Below are positions 38,193 to 47,940 of a DNA stretch of 64,000 bases, in pieces. This DNA is from Gemmatimonadota bacterium. Its GTDB lineage: Bacteria; Latescibacterota; UBA2968. Where the stretch lies: positions 4,131 through 68,130 of the forward strand of contig JAPOXY010000278.1 in assembly GCA_026706845.1 (NCBI GenBank). Direction: 5' to 3'. A program made the translations under genes and the position numbers. Positions within the stretch are counted from its first letter, which is position 1, and the number at the start of each line of letters is the position of its first letter. The notes below the pieces were generated by a model. The model had not been told where the DNA came from, made no database searches, and worked only from the letters and a program-made list of their open reading frames with translations.

Positions 38193-38453
38193 CTATGGGG
38201 AAAAATGGCTTCGTGTCCTGTTTTTGTACAACCCCAAAATCCCCACCGCGATCAATACGCCCGCTGTTGGTCCCGCCATGTCCAATCCCAACCAGAATCC
38301 TTCTTTCCACTCTATGCTTTCAGTGCCAAACATTTCATCTACTACGACCACTTGCTGCTTGTTTTTCGTGAAGATCTGAGTGCCGTCTATTATCCACTTT
38401 GCACCTATACCTATCGCGAGTATAAATGCGATTACGCTGATGGTTTTCCACAT
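38193..38453 (-). CDS. Small 2-TM membrane protein, last gene of the Cyc2-like operon
   Basis: 86 aa with two hydrophobic helices. 18 nt downstream of the β-barrel/cytochrome gene. Confidence 0.35.
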   Translation of the reverse strand: MWKTISVIAFILAIGIGAKWIIDGTQIFTKNKQQVVVVDEMFGTESIEWKEGFWLGLDMAGPTAGVLIAVGILGLYKNRTRSHFSP

Positions 38454-38471
38454 GGGTTCTCCACACAGGTG

Positions 38472-39614
38472 TTAATAAAACACGTGCAATTGCAGCGCGT
38501 AGCGCGATGAGCGAAAGGTCTCTGTGTCTAGGATGCGATATTCGGGGCGCAATTCAATTTGCGGTGTTAGAAATATTTGTATGCCAAGTACAGCCTGCCG
38601 CGTCATCAGATCAACAGAGCGCGCTGATGCGCGGATGTGCGTTACTTCGCCGGTTTCTCCTCGTGCGAACAAAAGCAGTCCGGGTATTGCTTGAAGCGTG
38701 ATATCGACCGAGGCGGTTTTTGCCTCGCGCACGCCTTTCTTATCGGATAGGACATATTCGGCCATGATGGCGATCTTGTCCTGTAATCCGACGCCTGCAA
38801 AGAGATTTGTCATCAAAAAGTCGCCGTTTTTGAGCCACGATCCTCCCAGATAAAAATTTATTCTTTGTTCGACCAATCTGGGCCACAATACTATGCGCCC
38901 CAGGTATGAGGGTTTATCGTGGTTTTCGATCAAGGAGGCGTCTTGTACGGTATTTTCAGAGAGTGCCCGGGCAGAATAAATGCCTGCGGTTAGCGATAGC
39001 CACAATTTTTTGTAATAGTGTACTTCTGCGCCGTATTCTGCGTAATTGGGCGCGATTAGCGATGTGGCTCCGGCAACGTCGGGCGTTTGCCGCACGAGCA
39101 TGGTGTGGTCGTCATACCGCATGCCAATGGTTGGCTGAAAATGTCCGACGCGCAATGCGGGCCAGTTGTAATTGGGTTGATATATTGCCGATGCTGTCCA
39201 CGCGCGCTGTCCCGCGTATTTTTCGGGACCAAAATTATAAGAGCCTTCGATTTTCAGGGCGTTTGAGGGGCGGACAACACTGTATAGGGCGACTTGCATG
39301 GGGAATACTTTGCGCTCGGCTTCTGGCGATGTATGAGATCGCGCCATTTGTCCGCGGAGATCCGCACCCATGAGTACCAGGCCATCGGCATAAGCGGTTT
39401 TGCCCGGCAAGACGTAATTGGGTGCGAGCAATCCCACGCCGTCCATCGAGTACTGTCCCAATTCGTCCCGCTGTGCCCCGCCCTGCGCGGTGATGTGACA
39501 GTTCACACACCGATTTGCAGTCAGCAATGCAAACTGCGATAGCGCATCCGCCTGCCCCACAGAGCACAGCAGGATTAACAGCCCGAATAATCTAAAATAT
39601 GCGGTCTTGCCCAT
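38472..39614 (-). CDS. Secreted outer-membrane β-barrel with a single N-terminal CXXCH haem-binding motif: Cyc2-like fused monohaem cytochrome-porin candidate
   Basis: Signal peptide MGKTAYFRLFGLLILLCSVGQADA. Haem motif …QFALLTANRCVNCHITAQGG at residues 36-40 (nt 39495-39509). Remainder is β-strand-rich with an aromatic C-terminus (…LQLHVFY). ~380 aa, as for the short Cyc2 clusters. Confidence 0.5.
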   Translation of the reverse strand: MGKTAYFRLFGLLILLCSVGQADALSQFALLTANRCVNCHITAQGGAQRDELGQYSMDGVGLLAPNYVLPGKTAYADGLVLMGADLRGQMARSHTSPEAERKVFPMQVALYSVVRPSNALKIEGSYNFGPEKYAGQRAWTASAIYQPNYNWPALRVGHFQPTIGMRYDDHTMLVRQTPDVAGATSLIAPNYAEYGAEVHYYKKLWLSLTAGIYSARALSENTVQDASLIENHDKPSYLGRIVLWPRLVEQRINFYLGGSWLKNGDFLMTNLFAGVGLQDKIAIMAEYVLSDKKGVREAKTASVDITLQAIPGLLLFARGETGEVTHIRASARSVDLMTRQAVLGIQIFLTPQIELRPEYRILDTETFRSSRYALQLHVFY

Positions 39615-39623
39615 GTTATGCCT

Positions 39624-40226
39624 TTATTGTCTTTTTGTTTTGTGTTCATTCTTCCCCGCCACTTCTCCGCCAAAGGTCTGCCCATCTCCGGGGAGGCTGC
39701 CGCCGAAATTCACTGGTAGGCCGGTCAGGTCGCGCAGAAAGATCTGCAGGCGGATGATGTGTACATTGCCCGCTCCCATGCGCATGTTCAGGCCATTTAT
39801 AACTTCTGGCGTGATAAAATCGATATTTTGTTGCAGAAAAGTGACCCCATCGAGATAATCTACAAAGGCGGCTTCAAATTCCTCGATGTGCAATCTGAGC
39901 AGATACGGATTTGTGGGACGCATGTCGTGCAAGGTAGATTGAATGGCGTGAATTCGCGCGATTATGTTGCTTAAAAATTGCCGCGACCAGTAGAGCGGGA
40001 TCAAGTTATTAATGGTCTCGGTGGTTACGCCGCTGTATTCCCAGAGAAAGACGTCAATAGATGTAAAAACCCGGTGGATGTCGGCGACATAGGCATCGGC
40101 CTCATCCGCGGTGACGTGGTCATACGTTTCTTCAGCAGATGGTTCGGGCGCGGGTGTCACGGGATTGGATGAACCACATCCCGTGTACAACGCAAGCAGT
40201 GCAAAACACAAAAGCCATCGTTTCAT
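39624..40226 (-). CDS. Hypothetical lipoprotein
   Basis: Lipobox LYTG|C after the signal peptide. 9-nt gap to the Cyc2-like gene. No recognisable domain. Confidence 0.5.
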   Translation of the reverse strand: MKRWLLCFALLALYTGCGSSNPVTPAPEPSAEETYDHVTADEADAYVADIHRVFTSIDVFLWEYSGVTTETINNLIPLYWSRQFLSNIIARIHAIQSTLHDMRPTNPYLLRLHIEEFEAAFVDYLDGVTFLQQNIDFITPEVINGLNMRMGAGNVHIIRLQIFLRDLTGLPVNFGGSLPGDGQTFGGEVAGKNEHKTKRQ

Positions 40227-40275
40227 AAAAGGTCTCCTGAGGCGCGTTAAAGCTGAGGGCTAGGTATCTCGCATC

Positions 40276-40788
40276 TTACCTCTTACCCATATAAAGCAGA
40301 CGCCGTTTCTGATATCTTCTGGTATTGTTTAAAAAACGCGCGATTTCGTCGTCTGATAATGTGCGACGCGGTTTGGCGGGCACCCCGGCAACAAGTGTGC
40401 GCGGCTCGACCTCTGCTCCCTCTAATACCAGTGCGTGGGCAGCCACCAGCGCGGATTTACCCACTGCTGAGCCAGTCAATACAGTTGCTCCCATTCCGAT
40501 GGTTACGCCCTGTTCTATTCGACAACCGTGCAAGATCGCATTGTGCCCCACGGTTACATTTTTGCCGACATTACAGGGATAACCCGGGTCGGTGTGCACG
40601 ACAGTGCCGTCCTGAATATTTGAGCCTTCGCCGATTACAATGGGTTCAACATCGCCCCGAATCACGGCATTGAACCAGATGCTCGCGTGTGCTTCAATCA
40701 CCACATCGCCAATGACAACAGCACCGGGCGCGATATAAACCGACGGGTCAATGTGAGGGGTTTTGTCCTTATAGGGCAAAATTGTCAT
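40276..40788 (-). CDS. γ-carbonic anhydrase / hexapeptide-repeat (LbH) family protein (YrdA/PaaY/CaiE-like)
   Basis: Left-handed β-helix hexapeptide repeats with the conserved His-containing motif (GHNAILHGC). Start at MTILPYKDK… preceded by GGAG. The listed ORF carries an RBS-less 24-aa extension. Confidence 0.8.
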   Translation of the reverse strand: MTILPYKDKTPHIDPSVYIAPGAVVIGDVVIEAHASIWFNAVIRGDVEPIVIGEGSNIQDGTVVHTDPGYPCNVGKNVTVGHNAILHGCRIEQGVTIGMGATVLTGSAVGKSALVAAHALVLEGAEVEPRTLVAGVPAKPRRTLSDDEIARFLNNTRRYQKRRLLYMGKR

Positions 40789-40792
40789 TGGG

Positions 40793-41755
40793 TTATCTCC
40801 GATTGTCACCCTCAACAGGACCCAGTGTGAAGGTCTTGCCGCTTTGCGTGGCTCTGGCACCTGTTACCAGCCCGCTTACAAAACCAAAGATGCCAAAAAT
40901 TGCAGCGGCCCAAATTGTCGTCTCTTTGACGTCGGCATTGGTCTGCCAGGCGGCAAGTGCCCCGGTCAATGCGCCCATTGCGGCGCCTCCAATTCCCTGT
41001 ATAATTGCCCGTTCCATCGCAACTGAGCCGCGTTCTCCAAAGAAATGCACTTTGTGAATTTCATCTACAGTGACTTTTTGAACGCGCAGATCCGTCTCGA
41101 TCAAAATGTTACTATCTTCATAGGCGGGCAAAAATTCGCCTTTGATTTGTTGCCCATTCTTCAGGGTGACCATTCCGGGAAAGCGCGTTTGTACTTGAAA
41201 ACGCACCCTGCGTTCTTCAAAAGAAATGTCATCCTCGGTATATTGCGGATAGGTCTCGTCTATTTTGGAGGAGTCTGTCAGTGTGTATTCGCCCTTTACG
41301 ATTTCATCGAAATGTTCGATGTATTCTCTCAAGCGGCGCAGATTATTTTCACTTTGCACATTCACCAGCCGCGTTTCAATGCGAGGGCCTGATCGATATT
41401 GAATTTTAATGGCGAGTTTGCCATTGTCTCGCTTCATAAATTCGGCAAATTGAAATCCCGCTACGCCCAGATGCAAGATCGGAAGATCTATTTTTTGAGT
41501 ATAAACGGTTGCTCCCTGAAATAAAGCGTAGCGATTGCTTTCTTCCAAGTCGATTTGAGGACCCACCCGGGGACTTAACACGATGCGTGTGCCCGATACG
41601 CGCCGCACATCAACTATTTCCCATCCATCATCTTCCAATTCGTGAATTCCGCGGTCGTATTGCGTTTCCTTTTCGCTTTCGGCTGCCCGAACAGGGCAAA
41701 TAGAAAAAAGTAAAAAGCTCATCGCAGTAATCAATGAAATCGATTTTTTAATCAT
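40793..41755 (-). CDS. Hypothetical secreted protein with a C-terminal glycine-zipper (2-TM) region
   Basis: Start at MIKKSISLITAMSFLLFSICPVRAAESE (signal peptide, RBS GAGGAG). C-terminus GIGGAAMGALTGALAAW…AIFGIFGFVSGLVTGA is glycine-zipper-like. Confidence 0.45.
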   Translation of the reverse strand: MIKKSISLITAMSFLLFSICPVRAAESEKETQYDRGIHELEDDGWEIVDVRRVSGTRIVLSPRVGPQIDLEESNRYALFQGATVYTQKIDLPILHLGVAGFQFAEFMKRDNGKLAIKIQYRSGPRIETRLVNVQSENNLRRLREYIEHFDEIVKGEYTLTDSSKIDETYPQYTEDDISFEERRVRFQVQTRFPGMVTLKNGQQIKGEFLPAYEDSNILIETDLRVQKVTVDEIHKVHFFGERGSVAMERAIIQGIGGAAMGALTGALAAWQTNADVKETTIWAAAIFGIFGFVSGLVTGARATQSGKTFTLGPVEGDNRR

Positions 41756-42386
41756 GAAATTCTCCTCGCTCACCACAGATTGCCTCAAAAATGCCATCTA
41801 AAATATACGGGCGGTACTTGTGAAACCGCAGACGGGGGTGAAACCATGTGCCTTCAGGGTCTGATGTGCCGGGCACGGAAACCATGCTGGTCAGGTCGAT
41901 TCTGGACAATGTCGCTTCCCCCAAAAACCATTCTGCAATTTGTCTGGCCGTGCGATTTGGCCGTCCATTTTCTATCGAAATTTCCCTGTCCATAGGGAAA
42001 AATAGCGCGCCATCTCCCAACACGGATACATCTTTTTGATATGCCAGTGCGGCTTCGGTTATTTGCCCGGGTTCCGTTATGACAACACCTGTTACACACG
42101 CAATATCCTCTTTGGATACCACGTCGCTAAATAGCGTGCGAATGCGATTTTGCAGCCCGCCGTAGCTGTCTAAAAGATGTGATGACCGGGGGTTCACGCC
42201 AGCTTGAAGAAGGCCCAGTGTATTGTAGCGCGAACACTCAGAGACAAAATCATCTTCGTTGTCAAACAGTCCCACGCCAATCAGATTTTCGCCATCCATT
42301 ACATTGAGTTGCGTGAGGCCCAAGTCTGATTTGTGTTGAAGCAAATCGTAAAAACGCCGCACATCCTGCTCGTAAAAACGCTTCAT
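41748..42386 (-). CDS. Hypothetical protein (no confident family assignment)
   Basis: 212-aa ORF tightly packed between argH and the glycine-zipper protein. Codon usage is consistent with its neighbours. Confidence 0.4.
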   Translation of the reverse strand: MKRFYEQDVRRFYDLLQHKSDLGLTQLNVMDGENLIGVGLFDNEDDFVSECSRYNTLGLLQAGVNPRSSHLLDSYGGLQNRIRTLFSDVVSKEDIACVTGVVITEPGQITEAALAYQKDVSVLGDGALFFPMDREISIENGRPNRTARQIAEWFLGEATLSRIDLTSMVSVPGTSDPEGTWFHPRLRFHKYRPYILDGIFEAICGERGEFHD

Positions 42387-43792
42387 CCAGATGCCTCTCC
42401 ATCGGTCAGCAAACGCCGTCCTGCTTCGATCTGTCTCAAAACAGAATCGCGTCCTGTTCCGCCATCCAGATTGCGCTGTGCTGTACTGGCTTCTGCGGAC
42501 AATACGGCTTGCACATCGGTGTCGAATACCTCAGATGCTGCGCGCAATGTCGGCAGGTCCAATTCTTCTAATTTTTGTCCGCGCGCCAGAGCGGTTTTTA
42601 CCAGTTCTCCTACGATGCGGTGACACCTGCGAAAAGGTACGCCTTTTCGCACGAGATAATCGGCCAGGTCGGTGGCTAAAATGGTGCCATCTATTGCATC
42701 GGCCATCCGCTCGCCTTTGATTTTCATGGTTTGCCATACACCCGCAAAGACCGATAGAGACATGTGTACGGTTTCTGCGGTATCAAAGACGGGTTCTTTG
42801 TCTTCTTGCATGTCTTTGGCATAAGCCAGCGACACGCCTTTCATCGCGGTGAGCAGAGACATCAGGTTGCCGTACACACGCCCGGTTTTGCCGCGTACCA
42901 GTTCCAGTGAATCGGGGTTCTTCTTTTGCGGCATCATGCTCGATCCGGTGCTGAAGGCGTCGTCCAGTTCGACAAATCCAAATTCAGAAGACGACCAGAT
43001 GATCAGATCTTCGCAAAAGCGGCTCAAGTGTGCCATCAAGATAGATGATGCCGATAAATACTCGAGGAAATAATCGCGATCACTGACTGCATCTATGCTG
43101 TTTTCCGTGATGCGATCAAATCCCAGTTCTTCGCGCACAAATTCTCGATCGGCCGGATACGCACTTCCCGCTAATGCGCCCGATCCGAGGGGCATGGCAT
43201 TGGCGCGTTTCCAACAGTCTTCAAAGCGCGAGTGGTCGCGCGCCAACATCCAGAACAGGGCCATGGCATAATGCGAAAATCGGATCGGTTGTGCCTGTTG
43301 GACGTGCGTATATCCCGGCATCAGGACATCGAGATGTTCTTCGGCAATGTCTAATACTACGCCCATTAACCGCTCAATCTGCGCGAGGGTGTTGGCGACT
43401 GTTTCGCGCAAGTATAGACGCTCATCCAGGGCGACTTGATCGTTGCGGCTGCGTCCCGTGTGAATTTTTGCGCCAGCATCGCCGACCAGTTCCGTCAAGC
43501 GCTTTTCCACTGCGGTGTGTATGTCTTCCAGATCATCCGTCAATGGCAAGGTGCCTGCGTCGAGTTCACGCTCCACACGATTTAGACCTTTGAGGACCTG
43601 TTCCAGTTCCTGTTTTGTCAAGACATCCATTCGAGCCAATGCGCGGGCGTGCGCTCGGCTGCCTTCAATATCCATTTTGTACAGACGCCGATCAAAACCA
43701 ATGGATGCATTGAATTTTTCCATTAGTTTTTCAGTCGATCCCGAAAATCGCCCTTCCCAGAGCTTTTCGGATGATTTCGATGATTCATTCAT
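42383..43792 (-). CDS. argH: Argininosuccinate lyase
   Basis: …LWEGRFSGSTEKLMEKFNASIGFDRRLYKMDIEGSRAHARAL… and the fumarate-lyase signature. Start taken at MNESS. The listed ORF extends 17 aa further, into argG. Confidence 0.9.
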   Translation of the reverse strand: MNESSKSSEKLWEGRFSGSTEKLMEKFNASIGFDRRLYKMDIEGSRAHARALARMDVLTKQELEQVLKGLNRVERELDAGTLPLTDDLEDIHTAVEKRLTELVGDAGAKIHTGRSRNDQVALDERLYLRETVANTLAQIERLMGVVLDIAEEHLDVLMPGYTHVQQAQPIRFSHYAMALFWMLARDHSRFEDCWKRANAMPLGSGALAGSAYPADREFVREELGFDRITENSIDAVSDRDYFLEYLSASSILMAHLSRFCEDLIIWSSSEFGFVELDDAFSTGSSMMPQKKNPDSLELVRGKTGRVYGNLMSLLTAMKGVSLAYAKDMQEDKEPVFDTAETVHMSLSVFAGVWQTMKIKGERMADAIDGTILATDLADYLVRKGVPFRRCHRIVGELVKTALARGQKLEELDLPTLRAASEVFDTDVQAVLSAEASTAQRNLDGGTGRDSVLRQIEAGRRLLTDGEASG

Positions 43793-43802
43793 AGCGTTGT
43801 AC

Positions 43803-45041
43803 CTACAAAGCACTTTGTCCCGCTGCGTGTTGGGCTTTTGCACCGACGCCGAGGACGTTTAGGAAGCCTTCGGAATCGCGGTGGTCGTAGTCGCCGATGT
43901 CTTCCATTGAGGCGGTTTCTTCGGAATAGAGAGAGTGGGGCACATTTTCCGATGATTGAAATAATACCGTGCCCTTATATGCGGCGACTGTGATTGTACC
44001 CGTCAATAGCTTTGCTACGGGTGCGAGCGCGCCCTGCATCATTTGAGTGGATAAATCGCAGTAATATCCCTGGTAGATTTGTTCGGCGAGGGATGAAGAA
44101 ATCGAATCGTAAAATCTCCGCGCACGTCTGTCCAGAACTTGTTGGAGCAAGAACTCGTAACACGCGCCGAGCAGGCAAAGCCCCGGGCTTTCATATACGC
44201 CGCGCGATTTAATGCCGACAAAGCGGTTTTCCACGGTGTGAATTCCGATGCCCACGCCGTTTCGTCCGCCTATTTCATTGGCTTTCAGGATTGCGGTTAC
44301 GGAATCGGTATCCGTACCATTGATTTGCACCGGGAGGCCCGCGTCTATTCTGACGTTAAATGTTTCGGGTGTATCTGGTGCTTGTTCGGGAAATACGCCC
44401 ATGCCCGGTTCGATAAAATCGGCTGCTATGTCGAGGTATTCGAGTTTGCCCGCTTCGTGTGTGAGACCCAGAAAGTTGGCGTCGGTAGAATAGGGTTTTT
44501 CATACGTCGCTGTGATCGGCAAATTGTATGCATTGCAAAAGTCGATCATTTCTTTGCGCCCGCCAAATATGTCGAGGAATGCGGGGTCGCGCCAGGGGGC
44601 ATATACGGTTACGCTGGGTTTGAGCATGTTGGCAACGAGTTGAAAACGCACCTGGTCGTTGCCGCGTCCGGTTGCGCCGTGCGCGAGTACGTCGATATCG
44701 CGCCGGTCCATTTCTTCCAATAATCCCCGCGTGGTGACATATCGCGCGATGCCCGTTGTATTCCAATATCCGCCTTCGTAACGCGCTTGTCCAATCAGCA
44801 TTGCAATACCCGCTTCTGCCAGATCGGTTTTCAGGTCGATCAGCACGGCTTCACGCGCGCCACAGGCGAGCATGCGTTTGGATATGTCATCGATATTTTC
44901 CTCATCGGGTTGTCCAATATCGGCGGTTAAACTCACGACATTTACGCCGCGGTCAGCCAGCCATTTTGTCACGGTGCAACTGTCCAATCCCCCCGACGAT
45001 GCAAGTGCTACTGTTTTTCCGCGCAGTTCATTAAGCGTCAT
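43803..45041 (-). CDS. argG: Argininosuccinate synthase
   Basis: MTLNELRGKTVALASSGGLDSCTV… (PP-loop SGGLDS). Start at MTL preceded by AAGGAAGG. An alternative upstream ATG lies at 45065. Confidence 0.9.
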   Translation of the reverse strand: MTLNELRGKTVALASSGGLDSCTVTKWLADRGVNVVSLTADIGQPDEENIDDISKRMLACGAREAVLIDLKTDLAEAGIAMLIGQARYEGGYWNTTGIARYVTTRGLLEEMDRRDIDVLAHGATGRGNDQVRFQLVANMLKPSVTVYAPWRDPAFLDIFGGRKEMIDFCNAYNLPITATYEKPYSTDANFLGLTHEAGKLEYLDIAADFIEPGMGVFPEQAPDTPETFNVRIDAGLPVQINGTDTDSVTAILKANEIGGRNGVGIGIHTVENRFVGIKSRGVYESPGLCLLGACYEFLLQQVLDRRARRFYDSISSSLAEQIYQGYYCDLSTQMMQGALAPVAKLLTGTITVAAYKGTVLFQSSENVPHSLYSEETASMEDIGDYDHRDSEGFLNVLGVGAKAQHAAGQSAL

Positions 45042-45054
45042 AGTTCCTTCCTTT

Positions 45055-45909
45055 TCATCCCTCATCTAAAGAAAAGCCCGCACTATTCAGTAAATCTATC
45101 ACATTTTCGCGTGCGTGTCGGATGCGAATGTCGATTTCTTCAGCCGTAAAAGTGCCACCCGTGCCATTTACGCGCTCGACCACCACTGGGCCATCAAAGC
45201 CCGCTTCTAATGCCGTGGCAAAGATGCGTTCAAAATCTATATCCCCTTCGCCGGGAATGGGGAAGTTGTTTTCTGCTTTGGGACCAATGTGGTCTTTGGC
45301 GATTATTTTACAGGTTTGGTCTGCAATATGGGGAAAATCGTCTTCGGGAGATATGCCTTCGTAATAATGGACATTTCCCGGGTCGTAACAGGCTCGCACC
45401 GAGGGCCGATCAATTTCGGGGAGAAGGCTGGCGAGATGTTTTGCGGTCGCGGTATTGCCCGTATGCGGTTTGGGTGCGAGGATAATGTCTCGTTCCTGCG
45501 CATAGGTGCCCGCTTCTTGCAGGTCTGCGACATAGGCTTCGTGGGCAGCACGAAAGACTTCGGGGGCGAGCGGTTCATCGGGGAACCGCCGATATCCGCC
45601 TGCACCTCCCATCTGAATTGTTTCGGCGCCAAGTGCCTGGCACACATCAATTCTGCGCATAAGATAACGCGCGTTATCTCTTGCCGGGGTGGATCCAAGT
45701 CCGATTACAACAGGGGTTAAACCCGCTTGTTCGCACAGGGTTTTTGTGCGATGCACAAGCGGCCCATCGGGATCAAAACCGAGCGTGTCTTCGCCTTCGT
45801 GCGACCAGCCCAAACCCACATAGGAATATCCCGCGCGGGCAACACCTTCAATTCCTCGCTCGAGAGGATAGTTTGCATAGGGCAGTGTTAGACAGACGAG
45901 TTTGGCCAA
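45055..45909 (-). CDS. Sugar-phosphate isomerase/epimerase (xylose-isomerase-like TIM barrel)
   Basis: 284 aa. TIM-barrel AP-endonuclease-2-family pattern. Confidence 0.7.
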   Translation of the reverse strand: MAKLVCLTLPYANYPLERGIEGVARAGYSYVGLGWSHEGEDTLGFDPDGPLVHRTKTLCEQAGLTPVVIGLGSTPARDNARYLMRRIDVCQALGAETIQMGGAGGYRRFPDEPLAPEVFRAAHEAYVADLQEAGTYAQERDIILAPKPHTGNTATAKHLASLLPEIDRPSVRACYDPGNVHYYEGISPEDDFPHIADQTCKIIAKDHIGPKAENNFPIPGEGDIDFERIFATALEAGFDGPVVVERVNGTGGTFTAEEIDIRIRHARENVIDLLNSAGFSLDEG

Positions 45910-45927
45910 AAGAGACCTCCACAGGTG

Positions 45928-46470
45928 TTAGTCGGTTTTCCGCGTTACAAATAGTGCGAGAAACCCGGGCAAAAAGGCAATGGTCCAGGAAAGCAACTTA
46001 TAGACATAATGCGGCCCGCCGAGCGCGTGTTTGGTCCATATACCTAAAATCAAGAAGGCGAGACCAGAAGTCACGGCGGCCAGGATACCCCGGAGCAATG
46101 TGCGTTTCAGGCTTTCGGAGATGGTGTTTACCCACCAGTGGAGCAGGGCTGCAAGGATCCACAGTTCCATCCATGCGACGACTATTGCGTTAGCGCGAAT
46201 GAACGGGCGCAAGAGGTAATATCCACCAGCGGATAATATGCCAAGGACGAGGCCACCGAGTGCGCCCAACAGGATCGTTTGTGTCGTTTTGCCGCCATAG
46301 CCGAGAACAACACCCAAACAGAGGCACAAGAGTGCGCCGTGAAGGATGCCGGTGAACATGCGGTGTTTGATCGCGTGGTGCGCCCACAGAAAATCGCCCA
46401 GCGTGCTGACCGCGGCGAGTATGACCGCGGCGACGAGTGCGCGTAATATTCCGTTGTATTGAATAGTCAT
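45928..46470 (-). CDS. Hypothetical membrane protein (4-5 TM)
   Basis: 180 aa of hydrophobic helices. No recognised family. Confidence 0.4.
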   Translation of the reverse strand: MTIQYNGILRALVAAVILAAVSTLGDFLWAHHAIKHRMFTGILHGALLCLCLGVVLGYGGKTTQTILLGALGGLVLGILSAGGYYLLRPFIRANAIVVAWMELWILAALLHWWVNTISESLKRTLLRGILAAVTSGLAFLILGIWTKHALGGPHYVYKLLSWTIAFLPGFLALFVTRKTD

Positions 46471-46494
46471 GTGCTCCTCCTGGATAACTGAGGT

Positions 46495-47940
46495 CTATCC
46501 ATTTTGTCGATATGCGGGGTTGGGCGTGGGTATCACAGCGCCGGTGTCTGTCAGGAATTGGTCGATAAGGTCATTCAATTCAGATACGCGGTCGGGATAT
46601 TCGTCCGCCAGATTATTTGTTTCGCCAATGTCTTCCACCAGATTGTAGAGTTCTACGCGGTCGGTCTGGTCGTCGTTGTCGCAGTAGAATCGGATGAGTT
46701 TCCAATCGCCTTTGCGAACATAAGTCGATGGCAGGCCATCTGCTGCCGGCGTATAGTGCGGAAAGTGACAGAAAATGGTGTTCCGATCAAGGGTTTCGCC
46801 GCGAAGTGCGGGTGCAAAACTGATGCCGTCAACCGATTCGGGAGCGTCGAGGCCGCAGAGTTCGGTCATGGTGGGGAAGAAATCGATGCTCTGTACGATT
46901 GCCTGGTCGTTGCGGGTACTCGCTTCAATATGGCCGGGCCACGCGATGATCAACGGTTCGCGGGTGCCGCCTTCGTAGGTATTTGCCTTTCCGCCTCTCA
47001 GGGGCGCGTTGCTTGTGATGGGTACATCGATATAATCGGGATGGACGTGTTCTGTCGCGCTCCAGTGTACTCCGCCGTTGTCGGAAAAGAAGATCACGAT
47101 GGTATTGTCTAAAATCCCCTCTTCCTCAAGCGTTCCCATTAATTGCCCTACTGCGTCGTCCATTGTTTCAACCATGGCTGCATAGACGGGATTGTGCTGA
47201 GGGTCTTCGATATCGATTTTTTGCGCGTATTTTTCTATTACATCCTGTTTGGCGTGCCATGGAGAATGTACGGAAAATTGCCAGAATTGGAGATAAAAAG
47301 GTGTGTCTTTGTTTTCGCGAATAAATTCAACGGCTTCTTGTGCCATGCGGTCTTCCAGGTGCTCGCCCGGTTCGCCCTTGTTGGGATAGACTTTCCACGG
47401 TGCAAACCATCCATCGGCCAATGGGCTGGGGGCAGGTGTGTGCGGGATGTCGATGTCGAATCCGTGTTCAAACGGGCTATAAGGCTCTGCACCCAGGTGC
47501 CATTTCCCAATGTGCGCGGTTTTGTATCCCGCGTCGCGAAATACCGATGATAGGGTCTGGTATTTTGTGCTTAAGCGGGTGACGCTTTGGGCGATCAGAG
47601 CTTTGTTATGCGGTGGTCCTTTTTCATTTAAAGAGGATTCTAGTACGACGCGGTCCAGATGGCATCCTGGCGTTGTAATGCCAACGCGCGCAGGCCACAA
47701 TCCCGTCATGATGCTCGCGCGGGTGGGAGAACACAGCGGGTTGGCGGCGTACGCATTGGTAAACATCATGCCGCGCTCGGCAAGGGTGTCGATGTTTGGG
47801 GTTTTGCAAAATGCACTGCCGTATAACGATGTATCGCGCCAGCCCAGGTCGTCTGCGAGAATGAATAATACATTTGGTTTGTTTTTTTTCATGGGGTCCT
47901 CTATCTCAGACTTTATCAATTCCCTCTCGGGTTTCGGCAA
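46495..47940 (-). CDS. Sulfatase (formylglycine-dependent arylsulfatase family), apparently cytoplasmic
   Basis: Signature …LFILADDLGWRDTSLYG…CSPTRASIMTG (C-x-P-x-R). No signal peptide. An alternative start MKKNKPNVLF at 47892 has a better RBS and removes the overlap with ybdK. Confidence 0.85.
   Translation of the reverse strand: MPKPERELIKSEIEDPMKKNKPNVLFILADDLGWRDTSLYGSAFCKTPNIDTLAERGMMFTNAYAANPLCSPTRASIMTGLWPARVGITTPGCHLDRVVLESSLNEKGPPHNKALIAQSVTRLSTKYQTLSSVFRDAGYKTAHIGKWHLGAEPYSPFEHGFDIDIPHTPAPSPLADGWFAPWKVYPNKGEPGEHLEDRMAQEAVEFIRENKDTPFYLQFWQFSVHSPWHAKQDVIEKYAQKIDIEDPQHNPVYAAMVETMDDAVGQLMGTLEEEGILDNTIVIFFSDNGGVHWSATEHVHPDYIDVPITSNAPLRGGKANTYEGGTREPLIIAWPGHIEASTRNDQAIVQSIDFFPTMTELCGLDAPESVDGISFAPALRGETLDRNTIFCHFPHYTPAADGLPSTYVRKGDWKLIRFYCDNDDQTDRVELYNLVEDIGETNNLADEYPDRVSELNDLIDQFLTDTGAVIPTPNPAYRQNG

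Noticed and set aside
38152-38310. 53-aa upstream extension of the GcvT-like ORF, and analogous RBS-less extensions of the γ-CA ORF (to 40860) and the glycine-zipper ORF (to 41797).
   Set aside because: Internal ATGs preceded by GGAG/GAGGAG give products with family-typical N-termini or signal peptides. The extensions have no RBS and overlap the upstream genes.
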